Shown piece by piece: positions 54,354 to 64,000 of a DNA stretch of 64,000 bases. The position numbers and the translations under genes are program-made. The stretch is from Schmidtea polychroa. Its lineage: Eukaryota. The notes under the pieces were generated by a model. The model had not been told where the DNA came from and did no database searches. It saw nothing but the letters and a program-made list of their open reading frames with translations. Positions within the stretch are counted from its first letter, which is position 1. Each line of letters opens with the position of its first letter. Location: positions 26,228,001 through 26,292,000 of the forward strand of contig CM097885.1 of the NCBI GenBank assembly GCA_044892525.1, given 5' to 3'.

Positions 54354-54540
54354 CTGGTACATGTTTTGTAATTTGCTTGGCTAAATCCAAATTACATTAA
54401 ACTAACCCAAACTTTACTCCATCTTGATAAGAAATTCCAAAATATTCAAGTCCGGTTAATTTTAAATGATCACATACAGCGTCAAACAAATGTTGTCCAA
54501 AAGACGCTCTCTAGATATCCAAGATGCTAGATTTTGCACT
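54354..54540 (-). pseudogene. FERM domain N-lobe exon remnant
   Basis: DI*RASFGQHLFDAVCDHLKLTGLEYFGISYQD...*CNLDLAKQITKHVP|GT; two stops. Confidence 0.75.
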
Positions 54541-55906
54541 ATATCCAAATCTTAATGTTCCCATCATTGTACCAAAACCCACATTTTAACCACCTCCAAT
54601 TCTGCTCATACTTCCACCTAAGTAATTATCGCTTTGTCGTAAGCTCTTGAAATAATCTTTTTCGGCAAAGTATCGGTGAATTCGATTGTTCCATGATATA
54701 ATTGAAAATTAGAAATTTAAAAGGAATATAAAATTTAATAATGTACTTACTTGATACATAATAATCCTTAAAAAAATATTTCAGAATATAAAAATTTCAT
54801 TATTTTATTGAACCTCCGATTTGAGCTGGAATTCTGAGATTTGATCGACAGATTAGATAAATATATATTTCAAACTTGTGGATAAATATATATTTCAAAC
54901 TTGTGCTATAATTCTCATAATTTAATGTTGTCAGTGCATATCGATTTCTCCCCAAATCATCGGTTTTGATAAAGAATCGATGATTAAGAATAATTCGAAT
55001 TTTTATACAATTAACACAAAAAAAAAAAAAAATTAATCTAACCATTGTGTGTTTCTTCTTCGACGTTTTGTAGCATACATGGTTTTTATAACCCAATCGT
55101 CAACCATAAATAAGTGTGGACGAAATTTAAGCCAAACTCTAATATAAAAAAATTAATATATTTTCGTTAAATTCGTTTAAATAATTAGTTTGCGAAAATA
55201 AAGTGACTGAATTTTCCTAGATTTCCTGATTTTAAAAAGCTATATTTTCTCTCTTTCAGCCGTTGACAAATGGCCAATCAAATTGAAGAGAGTATGTAGA
55301 GAAATTTCGAACCATGCACAATTAAAAAGAAACTAGTAAAAATAGTGATCCAATCAAATTCATTTTAAAAATATTGTTGATATTTCTTCCCAGACCTGTA
55401 CGATTAGAAATAGGTTGTGTGCGACAGCAAATGCTCGTAACATATATATTTAAAACTATATTAAATTAGTTTATAAAAAAATAGTTTTATTGATGTTTGT
55501 TGAATATATTCCTATCTAGGTTGTGGATTTGTCTCATTTTATTACACTTTAAATATTTATTAGTTTTAAAATTTACAGATTTTAGTTATATTTTTTGAAT
55601 AATGTACATAAAACTAACTTATTTATATAAAATATTCTAAATGGTAATATCCAAATTATCAACACAAATTGAATCAAATCGTTTAAATCAAGTCCGTTTA
55701 AACTAGTCGATTAATTTTCTTAATAAAGCGAAAATGGCATCAAATTAAATTAAAATATTTTAGTTTTACATCGTAAAAATTATTATAGATTTTAAAAAAA
55801 AAATTTAATAATTTAAAAGTATAAAGTACAATTTAAATGCATGTAAAATTACATCCAAGGACATAATCACAGCAAAACATAGATTTCGAGGACGAAAAAA
55901 TTTTTT

Positions 55907-55917
55907 GAGGGGGGAGA
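55907..55917 (+). promoter_or_regulatory. Polypurine tract
   Basis: GAGGGGGGAGA preceded by tcgaggacg and a T-run, two nt before TGTTG. Confidence 0.85.
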
Positions 55918-55919
55918 TA

Positions 55920-56825
55920 TGTTGAGGTCTGTAAATTAAAATTAAAAATTTAAATAAAATTTAGGATAATAATTCAAATGGAAAGTAAGCGAGGAAAAAA
56001 GGCAAATAAAAGCGGGATCGTGTACAGAATCAATAGTAAAGTGTGATGGAAACAGTATTAGAAAATGCAAAAAGCAATTACGAAATGCGAAAAACACTCA
56101 AACGTATGAAAACAGAAAACGTTAATTAATTGGCTAATGGAAAACCCGAGCTAATGGGAAACCCGAGCCAATGGAGAACCCGAGAGATAAAGGAAACCCG
56201 AGCTGGGTAAACAAGAAGAAAGGCAAACAAAAGGAAGATTTGGGCCCATTAGCTTGACACAATGATTAATGGGAAAAGAGTAAGGAGAAGATAGCGCGCG
56301 TAGGAAGACCGGTAGGGCCATTAATTATCTGGATTCGTTGGACCATTATGGATGACAGCCGAAGCAAACACGTAGGAGAAAATGTCAAACAAAAGATTGG
56401 CTCGGCAATAACCATTTGTCATCCTGATTTCGAGGAGTATATAAGCAAAGGGAAAATCAGAGAAAATCGGCATTCTGCCTCAGCTAGGGTTCGAAGAATT
56501 AGACTGTAGAGGAAGTGGTAAACGAATTAGGGAAGTAGGGAAAAAAAGAAATAGAATTAAGAATACGGAAAGGCGAAAAGGGATCAAACCAAACAGAAAC
56601 CGAGGAAAACGAGAGTCAAGAGAACTAAAGGATCAAAAGGTGAATATTGTTTGTTTGCAAAGCATCAACGCCGAGCGGAGAATCGTATAAAACTTTGATT
56701 GGTAATTGTAGCGTGATAATAAATTGTGAACCTGTTGTTTCAATATACGTTGGGTCGTTCATTGTTTTGATTTAAAGAACACAGGAGTCAGAGAGAACCG
56801 ACTTGAAATAATCCAAAACCCAACA
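55920..56825 (+). mobile_element. 3' LTR (906 bp) of a Ty3/Gypsy element
   Basis: TGTTG...CAACA; upstream PPT; TATATAA at about 56438; AATAAA at about 56718. Confidence 0.88.
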
Positions 56826-57253
56826 GTCCTAAAAAATTAAATTACAGTAAATTATGGTTCTAAAAAATTAAATTACAGTAAATTATGGCTCAAATTTTAA
56901 AATTAAGTAATCAATGGTAAAGAATTTTAAATAAGTAAATTAAAGTGATAATTTTTAAATAAAGTAATCAATGGTAAAAATTTTAAAATAAGTAAATTAA
57001 AGTAATAATTTTTATATAAAGTAATCAATGGTAAAAATTTTAAAATAAGTAAATTAAAGTAAGATTTTAAAATTTAATTACAAAATAATAGAAGGTGTTT
57101 GAGAACTGAAATTTTTTAATGAAAATTTTTATGAATAATTTTCAATGGTAATTGTTATGAAATAATTTTTTAAGTTAATTTTTAATGGAAATTTTTATGA
57201 AATATTTTTCAATGATAATTTTAGATGGAAATTTTTAAGATAATTTTTAATGA

Positions 57254-57302
<49 letters not shown>

Positions 57303-57551
57303 TATCGACCAAATACATAAAAATTGAACTAGACACATAAAAATTTACCAAACAAATAACAAATGTAAAGATATAAAATTTATTCATCCAATATTTGCTT
57401 GTAATAAGCTCTTCTTAATTCTGCTAGTAAAATATGAACAACTTCTTTCATCTTATATTCTTGGCAGCATCTACATCTAAACGGACATGATAATTTCATT
57501 GGATCCATACATACTTCACAATCGTCTATGCATTTAAATCTTGATTCTTGT
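56156..57551. repeat. Left arm of a long inverted duplication
   Basis: Reverse complement of 62629-64000; by eye differs only in (AAT)n length. Confidence 0.95.
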
Positions 57552-57664
57552 TTTTGAAAAAGAAATTCAAATTACTTCTACTCGTACTGTTTTGGTATAA
57601 TATAAACCAAATATAGAAAATCAATTAATCAAATATGAAGTAAGAATTAATTTAAATTATTAAT

Positions 57665-58249
57665 TTAAATTTTCGCACAAGTTAAACTAAGTGTAGGATT
57701 TGATCTTGTTAATTTAATTTGAACACTAACACCTGGTAGTAAATATTTAGGTTGATCAAAGAAATCAAATTGAAGTGGGGAACATAAAGAAAAGGATTTT
57801 GATTTTTCAATCCATGTTTTTCTCGTAAGATCATTGTTAGTATACCCCATTCCACCTAAAGAAGTTCGTTTAGTATTTCCGTCATAATTTATAAGTGTTT
57901 CAATTAATGCTTTGTGGGCAAATCGATCATTTGATCCTTCAACTTTGATTGAATTAAAAATTAATTCAACATCTTAAAAAAGGGTTTGGAAGAAAAAATA
58001 TTTTGGAATTACTTCTGATTCGCCTAAATTCTCACCTAAATTATTAACAACTTTCAATTGAATATATAACAAAGTATCATTCAAATCTAAATATTCAGTC
58101 TGCGATCCGTTTATGTAAAATTGAATCGAAGAAGAACCAGCATATGTAATAGAATTTCTTGGGTATATATCTTGAAATGCTCCATGTTCAATCACTGCTT
58201 GGGGAGAAGGTCTATCAAAAAGACATAATTCTGATTAAGCACTAATCAT
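57665..58249 (-). pseudogene. Maverick major capsid protein (PY/hexon), N-terminal fragment
   Basis: SELCLFDRP.PQ..IE...IQFYING...YLDLNDTLL...TLF...ALIETLINY...KYLLPGV; stops; truncated. Confidence 0.88.
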
Positions 58250-58644
58250 TTTTCAAAGATGGTACCATATCCTTTCATTCTTTTGTTTATATGTTTCTTC
58301 ATAATTTTTCGGCGTTTAAGTATTCCGCCTTTTTGTTCTTTATCATTTTTAAATACATCGGATACTTTATTAATTACTTCTGGTAAATGTTGCATCACAG
58401 CTGGTAATGATTCTTTAATTTCAGAAATTGCATTTGATTTTAAAGCAGGCAAGATATTTGCATTGTTATTTATTACGTCATTAACTGTTTTCATACCAAA
58501 ATTTCCTATTCGTCTAAGAATTGGGAGTGCAAATCTACCTATTGTCTTCAACCAATCGGTTCCATATTGTTTACCAACAAAATATGGTAAATCACCACCC
58601 GATTGGTTACTACTATAAAAATGTATTAAGTCAGGATTAGTCAT
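58246..58644 (-). CDS. Maverick PW-like virion core/membrane-active protein
   Basis: QSGG...FVGKQYG...IGRFALPIL, basic C-terminus; located between penton and hexon. Confidence 0.7.
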   Translation of the reverse strand: MTNPDLIHFYSSNQSGGDLPYFVGKQYGTDWLKTIGRFALPILRRIGNFGMKTVNDVINNNANILPALKSNAISEIKESLPAVMQHLPEVINKVSDVFKNDKEQKGGILKRRKIMKKHINKRMKGYGTIFEK

Positions 58645-59653
58645 TTATTTTACGAAAATGTAATGTCAAGTATGTTTTATCTTCTTTTCCAAAAATATAT
58701 TTTCCACTATCATCTCGTATATTGATTTCTATATTGTTTATATATGAAGACGATACAGGTAAGTACATTGGATTCTTTTCAATTATTTGTACTAAATCAT
58801 CTTTTTTATGTTTTTCCACCCAAATACATTTCAAAAGAGGGACCAATGTATCACCAACAATAATTGGTTCGATAATATTTGTATAGATCATCAATTGTTG
58901 ATTGCGTTGTAATACTTCAGGTTCTTTAAAACCAATAATAAATTTGTCAGTATACGTTTCTTCTAATAATCCTAAACTATTAGGTAAAAATTTACTAAAT
59001 TGAACTTTACTTACATCATCATCCATTAAAATTTTAACGATTTTTCCTTTTTGAATATCAACAGATTTAAATGGACGAGGATAAAAGGTTGATAGTTGAT
59101 CATTTATTTGTGAAAGATCTGTAATGATATTTTCTTCGAATGTATCAGTAAACTCAACATCGTAATAATATTGTATAGTTAATCGTATTGTATCAAACTT
59201 TATTTTTCGATTATTTGGAGGAATAGTGATTTTGTTCATTGTTTCTTTAAAATTTATTTCTTTTTCTGAAAATCCCAATTTTTGTGCTTCTTTAATACAA
59301 TCGAATTCTACTTTAAAAGGAAAATATTTACAATTAATGTTCAATGTATTTCCATCAATATATATTAAATAAAATGGAGAGTCGTGACTGATTGTATATT
59401 CATTTTTTTCTTGGTTAAAGTAAAAGTATTCATAACTTGTATGTAATACACTTTTACTATATTTGACATTTGAATTGTTGTAAAAAGGAAAATAATTATA
59501 CACAAAGGTAAAGTCCATGAGAGCTACTTCCCATTCACCACCCAAGTAAATTGGATTTTGAAATTCGACATTAAATTTACCTGCTTCATTATTTGGATGA
59601 GTCTGAGGACAACTATTAGAAGGTAAATTCACATAAAAATCTTTTTTAATCAT
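58637..59653 (-). CDS. Maverick minor capsid protein (PX/penton), copy 1
   Basis: FYVNLPSNS...PNN...GEWEVAL...IYTNIIEP..VGD..VPLL...YLPV...IEINIRD...LTLHFRK. Confidence 0.9.
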   Translation of the reverse strand: MIKKDFYVNLPSNSCPQTHPNNEAGKFNVEFQNPIYLGGEWEVALMDFTFVYNYFPFYNNSNVKYSKSVLHTSYEYFYFNQEKNEYTISHDSPFYLIYIDGNTLNINCKYFPFKVEFDCIKEAQKLGFSEKEINFKETMNKITIPPNNRKIKFDTIRLTIQYYYDVEFTDTFEENIITDLSQINDQLSTFYPRPFKSVDIQKGKIVKILMDDDVSKVQFSKFLPNSLGLLEETYTDKFIIGFKEPEVLQRNQQLMIYTNIIEPIIVGDTLVPLLKCIWVEKHKKDDLVQIIEKNPMYLPVSSSYINNIEINIRDDSGKYIFGKEDKTYLTLHFRKIND

Positions 59654-60668
59654 TTATTTTACGAAAATGTAATGTCAAGTGTGTTTTTGTATCTCTACTA
59701 ACTTTTATTAATTTTCCACTATCATCTCGTATATTGATTTCAATGTTGTTTATAGAAGAATTAGAAATTGGTAGATACATTGGATTCTTCATTTCTAATT
59801 GCACAATTTCTCCTTGTTCATATTTCTTTATCCAAATAGATTTCAATAACGGGACTCTTACATCTCCAACAGTCAATGGTTCGATAATATTTGAGTAAAT
59901 AAACATTTGTTGATGATGATTAAATAATTTTGGAATTTTTGTTCCAATAATTTCTTTCTCTGTAAATGTTTGTTTCTTTAATCCCAATGTTTTTGTTAAA
60001 TTTTTATCAAAGAATATTGATGAAATGTTATCAGCAAGACTTATTTTAACAAATTCATTATTTTGTATTTTTAAATCTTTAAAGGGAGATGAATTAATTG
60101 TCATTAACTGACCATGTATTTCAGATAAAGTATTGATGTATAATTCATCTTCGAAATAATGTTCAAATTTTGTTTTTTCAACAACGCTTATAATTATACC
60201 AAATTGATCAATTGTTTAATCTTCTGTAAATTTTGGTAATTTAATTCGAAAATGATCACTATCACTAATAACCGATACTGATTTTAATCCAAATTTGATA
60301 GCATGCTCAAAATCTGGAAACGTTATTTTAAATGGAACATGTGGACAAACAACAACCAAATTCTCATATCTTTCAATGAACAGTGCTTCAGGAGTATTTT
60401 TAGGATTTATTACTTCAAAGGTTCGATTTGAAATATTTATTCTAAAATATTTAATTTCTTCATCCATCTTTACTTTTTCATATTGTATCAATGAATTACT
60501 GTAATAGGGAAAAGTATTATACACAAAGGTAAAGTTCATGAGAGCTACTTCCTATTCACCATCCAAGTAAATAGGATTTTGAAATTCGACATTAAATTTA
60601 CTAGCTTCATTATCAGGGAAAATAAGAGGACAACTATTAGAAGGTAAAATAATATAAAAATCTTTCAT
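59646..60668 (-). pseudogene. Maverick minor capsid protein, copy 2
   Basis: Same N- and C-terminal motifs (MKDFYIILPSNS, GE*EVAL, LTLHFRKIND); stops. Confidence 0.88.
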
Positions 60669-60673
60669 AATAT

Positions 60674-61535
60674 TTATTTAATCAATTGATTTTCGGATAT
60701 CCAAGATGGAGTTTCATATCCATGCCATTTAACATAGTATTGTTTATATTTACCATCTTTTTTGGTTTTTAAAATCTTTTGAATTCTAAATATTGTAGGA
60801 GCAGGAATTACTTGGAGTTCTTGTTCATAGAATTTACCACTGATTGGTTTGTTTTCATGATCAACTATCACATACATGACAGGATTCTGTTTTGTATCGA
60901 TTTTAAAAATTTGATATACTTCATCACTCCAATTATTATCAAAGTTTTTGATGAATGGTGAAGAATTGATTTTACTAATTCTTACATGATCACCAACTTT
61001 GTATTTCGGTTTATTGATTTTTTCTAACTTTGTTTGATTTTTAGTAAAATCTGCAGGTGTTTGTCCTTTTAATCCTCTGTGTGGTGAATGATTGTAACTG
61101 AAAATAATTTTTGGCAAAACATTTATCCAAGTTTTATTACCTTGATATACAAAATATTTTTTCAAACGTTCTCTCAAAGTTCGATTAAATCGTTCTACAT
61201 GAGTAGCTTTTAACTGAGAAAATACTGAGTAGTGGTTTATTCCTTTGATAACCTCTTTAACTTTGCTGTTATAAAATTCTTTACCTAAATCATATATTTA
61301 AAAATTAATTAATTAAATTTAATTACCTAAATCCGTTTGTAAATTAATAGATTTACCATCTGCAAACATTTCTTTTATCGCATCAGCCATTTCATTTGCA
61401 GATTTAGTTTTTGTAGGAACAGCACGAGCATATCTATTAAAAACGTCTATACAAGTCAGAATATATTTGTACCCCTTGTTAATTTTTGAATAAGGTATCA
61501 TTTCCATCAAATCCATTTGCCATACATAAAATAAT
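60674..61535 (-). pseudogene. Maverick retroviral-like DDE integrase with C-terminal chromodomain; 42-nt intron; 5' deleted
   Basis: WQMDL, CIDVF, QTDL|GKEFYN, VERFNRTLRE, YNHSPH, YYVKWHGY..PSWI; intron 61285-61326. Confidence 0.92.
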
Positions 61536-61853
61536 CCGCAATGTCTACTGATTTTTGTAAATAAATTATTAAAATCTTTTTCTTTATTTGCTTCCTGGTA
61601 CAGATCATCGATAATAATAACATCACCTTAATCTAGATGACCAATTTTTATCAAATCCTTTAATTATTGTCATTTTTAATTTACAGAAACTGTTTTGAGT
61701 CAATCCATGTTCTTCATCTGCACCTCGATGCCAATATATTTTATTAAATTTAGATTTAAACATGTTTGATTGTAATAAATTACATACAAATAAAGTTTTC
61801 CCGCTTCCACTAGGTCCTACAATTTGATATACTGCGTCATTTCTTAATTCCAT
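61536..61853 (-). pseudogene. Maverick packaging ATPase, truncated, copy 2
   Basis: GPSGSGKT; frameshift before IIIDD; FTKISRH then joined directly to integrase sequence by deletion. Confidence 0.88.
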
Positions 61854-61903
61854 TTTTTAATTAAATTATTTTATTTAATTTGTTTATAATTACAATAATT
61901 AGA

Positions 61904-62389
61904 ATGATCAGCAACATTAATTATAGAGGAAGATGTGCAGTTAATGGAATGAAGTTCCAATCAGGAAAACCTCAACATGTTGTGGATAGAAGTGGAAAAT
62001 ATCCAATTTTATTCTTCAAGAGCGGGAAATGTAGGATAATGGGATGTAAGAAACCATTACAGGAAGGCGATCTCAAATATCAGATTCAAGATTTACAAAT
62101 CCAATCAATTACATTAACGTTAGATATGGTTACATGTATTGATTTAAATGCATTGTCAAGGAAAACCGATAGTTACTACGAGCCTGAAATATTTCCAGCT
62201 TTACGTATTCTCCAGTATAACCCCCTATGTGTAAATGTTTTTTCAAGCGGGAAAGTTGTTATATTAGGGATTAAAACATTTGATTATTTTAATCAAATTC
62301 AAGAAATTCAGAAATTCATTATCATGCAGAAATCATTAACTATAAATATCACAACAAATGAAGAAATATTGGAATATTTATTAAGTTAA
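61904..62389 (+). CDS. TBP-like protein, copy 2
   Basis: MISNINYR, FFKSGKCRIMGCK, QIQSIT, YEPEIFPAL, VFSSGKVVILGIK; intact. Confidence 0.88.
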   Translation: MISNINYRGRCAVNGMKFQSGKPQHVVDRSGKYPILFFKSGKCRIMGCKKPLQEGDLKYQIQDLQIQSITLTLDMVTCIDLNALSRKTDSYYEPEIFPALRILQYNPLCVNVFSSGKVVILGIKTFDYFNQIQEIQKFIIMQKSLTINITTNEEILEYLLS

Positions 62390-62452
62390 TTAAATTAATT
62401 TAATTAATTGTGTTTAAATTAACTGAATATCTACAATAACAAAAATTCAAAA

Positions 62453-62800
62453 ATGGATGACGATAAGCAGGCTTACATATTCCAGACTATATTAACAAAG
62501 ATGGAAGAATTGTTCCCGAATATAAAGAATAGACTTTCGTATTGTGCTCCGGAATTATTAGCTTATAGAATCAAGCAATTAACGGGGATCAATATAGAAG
62601 AACTTCTACGAAGACATTACGAGTCTGTACAAGAATCAAGATTTAAATGCATAGACGATTGTGAAGTATGTATGGATCCAATGAAATTATCATGTCCGTT
62701 TAGATGTAGATGCTGCCAAGAATATAAGATGAAAGAAGTTGTTCATATTTTACTAGCAGAATTAAGAAGAGCTTATTACAAGCAAATATTGGATGAATAA
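62453..62800 (+). CDS. Cys-rich protein (CxxC and CxFxCxCC), 115 aa
   Basis: Intact ORF with CIDDCEVC...CPFRCRCC directly after the TBP-like gene. Confidence 0.7.
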   Translation: MDDDKQAYIFQTILTKMEELFPNIKNRLSYCAPELLAYRIKQLTGINIEELLRRHYESVQESRFKCIDDCEVCMDPMKLSCPFRCRCCQEYKMKEVVHILLAELRRAYYKQILDE

Positions 62801-64000
62801 ATTTTATATCTTTACATTTGTTATTTGTTTGGTAAATTTTTATGTGTCTAGTTCAATTTTTATGTATTTGGTCGATATATTATTATTATTATTATTATTA
62901 TTTCATTAAAAATTATCTTAAAAATTTCCATCTAAAATTATCATTGAAAAATATTTCATAAAAATTTCCATTAAAAATTAACTTAAAAAATTATTTCATA
63001 ACAATTACCATTGAAAATTATTCATAAAAATTTTCATTAAAAAATTTCAGTTCTCAAACACCTTCTATTATTTTGTAATTAAATTTTAAAATCTTACTTT
63101 AATTTACTTATTTTAAAATTTTTACCATTGATTACTTTATATAAAAATTATTACTTTAATTTACTTATTTTAAAATTTTTACCATTGATTACTTTATTTA
63201 AAAATTATCACTTTAATTTACTTATTTAAAATTCTTTACCATTGATTACTTAATTTTAAAATTTGAGCCATAATTTACTGTAATTTAATTTTTTAGAACC
63301 ATAATTTACTGTAATTTAATTTTTTAGGACTGTTGGGTTTTGGATTATTTCAAGTCGGTTCTCTCTGACTCCTGTGTTCTTTAAATCAAAACAATGAACG
63401 ACCCAACGTATATTGAAACAACAGGTTCACAATTTATTATCACGCTACAATTACCAATCAAAGTTTTATACGATTCTCCGCTCGGCGTTGATGCTTTGCA
63501 AACAAACAATATTCACCTTTTGATCCTTTAGTTCTCTTGACTCTCGTTTTCCTCGGTTTCTGTTTGGTTTGATCCCTTTTCGCCTTTCCGTATTCTTAAT
63601 TCTATTTCTTTTTTTCCCTACTTCCCTAATTCGTTTACCACTTCCTCTACAGTCTAATTCTTCGAACCCTAGCTGAGGCAGAATGCCGATTTTCTCTGAT
63701 TTTCCCTTTGCTTATATACTCCTCGAAATCAGGATGACAAATGGTTATTGCCGAGCCAATCTTTTGTTTGACATTTTCTCCTACGTGTTTGCTTCGGCTG
63801 TCATCCATAATGGTCCAACGAATCCAGATAATTAATGGCCCTACCGGTCTTCCTACGCGCGCTATCTTCTCCTTACTCTTTTCCCATTAATCATTGTGTC
63901 AAGCTAATGGGCCCAAATCTTCCTTTTGTTTGCCTTTCTTCTTGTTTACCCAGCTCGGGTTTCCTTTATCTCTCGGGTTCTCCATTGGCTCGGGTTTCCC
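62629..64000. repeat. Right arm of the inverted duplication (includes an LTR copy at 63331-64000, minus strand)
   Basis: Reverse complement of 56156-57551; runs off the end of the window. Confidence 0.95.

Noticed and set aside
61319..61853. Natural ATPase-integrase fusion protein
   Set aside because: Both parts are truncated and the ATPase is frameshifted; best explained by deletion.
56156..64000. Native Maverick TIR pair
   Set aside because: The arms include an LTR and half a gene, and no AG...CT termini are visible; treated as a secondary duplication.

Overview
Very AT-rich eukaryotic (animal-like) genomic DNA with short 40-55 nt GT-AG introns and long (AAT)n tracts. It is a nested graveyard of mobile elements with no clearly intact ordinary host gene. 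A flatworm host is possible but is only an inference. The main component is Maverick/Polinton (adintovirus-like) endogenous DNA virus sequence from at least two related lineages. It includes protein-primed PolB pieces, a chromodomain DDE integrase, packaging ATPases, two tandem minor capsid (penton) genes, a PW/core-like gene and a major capsid fragment. One 10.4-kb element (38292-48719) is bounded by AGTAGATGG...CCATCTACT termini. The most unusual signal is the Maverick accessory gene set: (i) an intact minimal TATA-binding-protein (TBP) homologue, present twice in the same ATPase <- -> TBP -> CxFxCxCC arrangement; (ii) a spliced Bcl-2-like gene, with two further remnants elsewhere; (iii) a spliced IAP-type RING protein; (iv) a multi-exon acidic protein made of tandem SUMO-interacting-like motifs. 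Also present: an R2/NeSL-type RLE non-LTR retrotransposon whose RT N-terminus has become a 4.3-kb higher-order tandem array; Ty3/Gypsy pieces with an FN3-like membrane protein in the env position and a FERM exon; a near-intact hATm transposon; hAT and piggyBac fragments; a hAT MITE; and a young inverted duplication of at least 1.37 kb. All family assignments come from motif recognition by eye, not from database searches.
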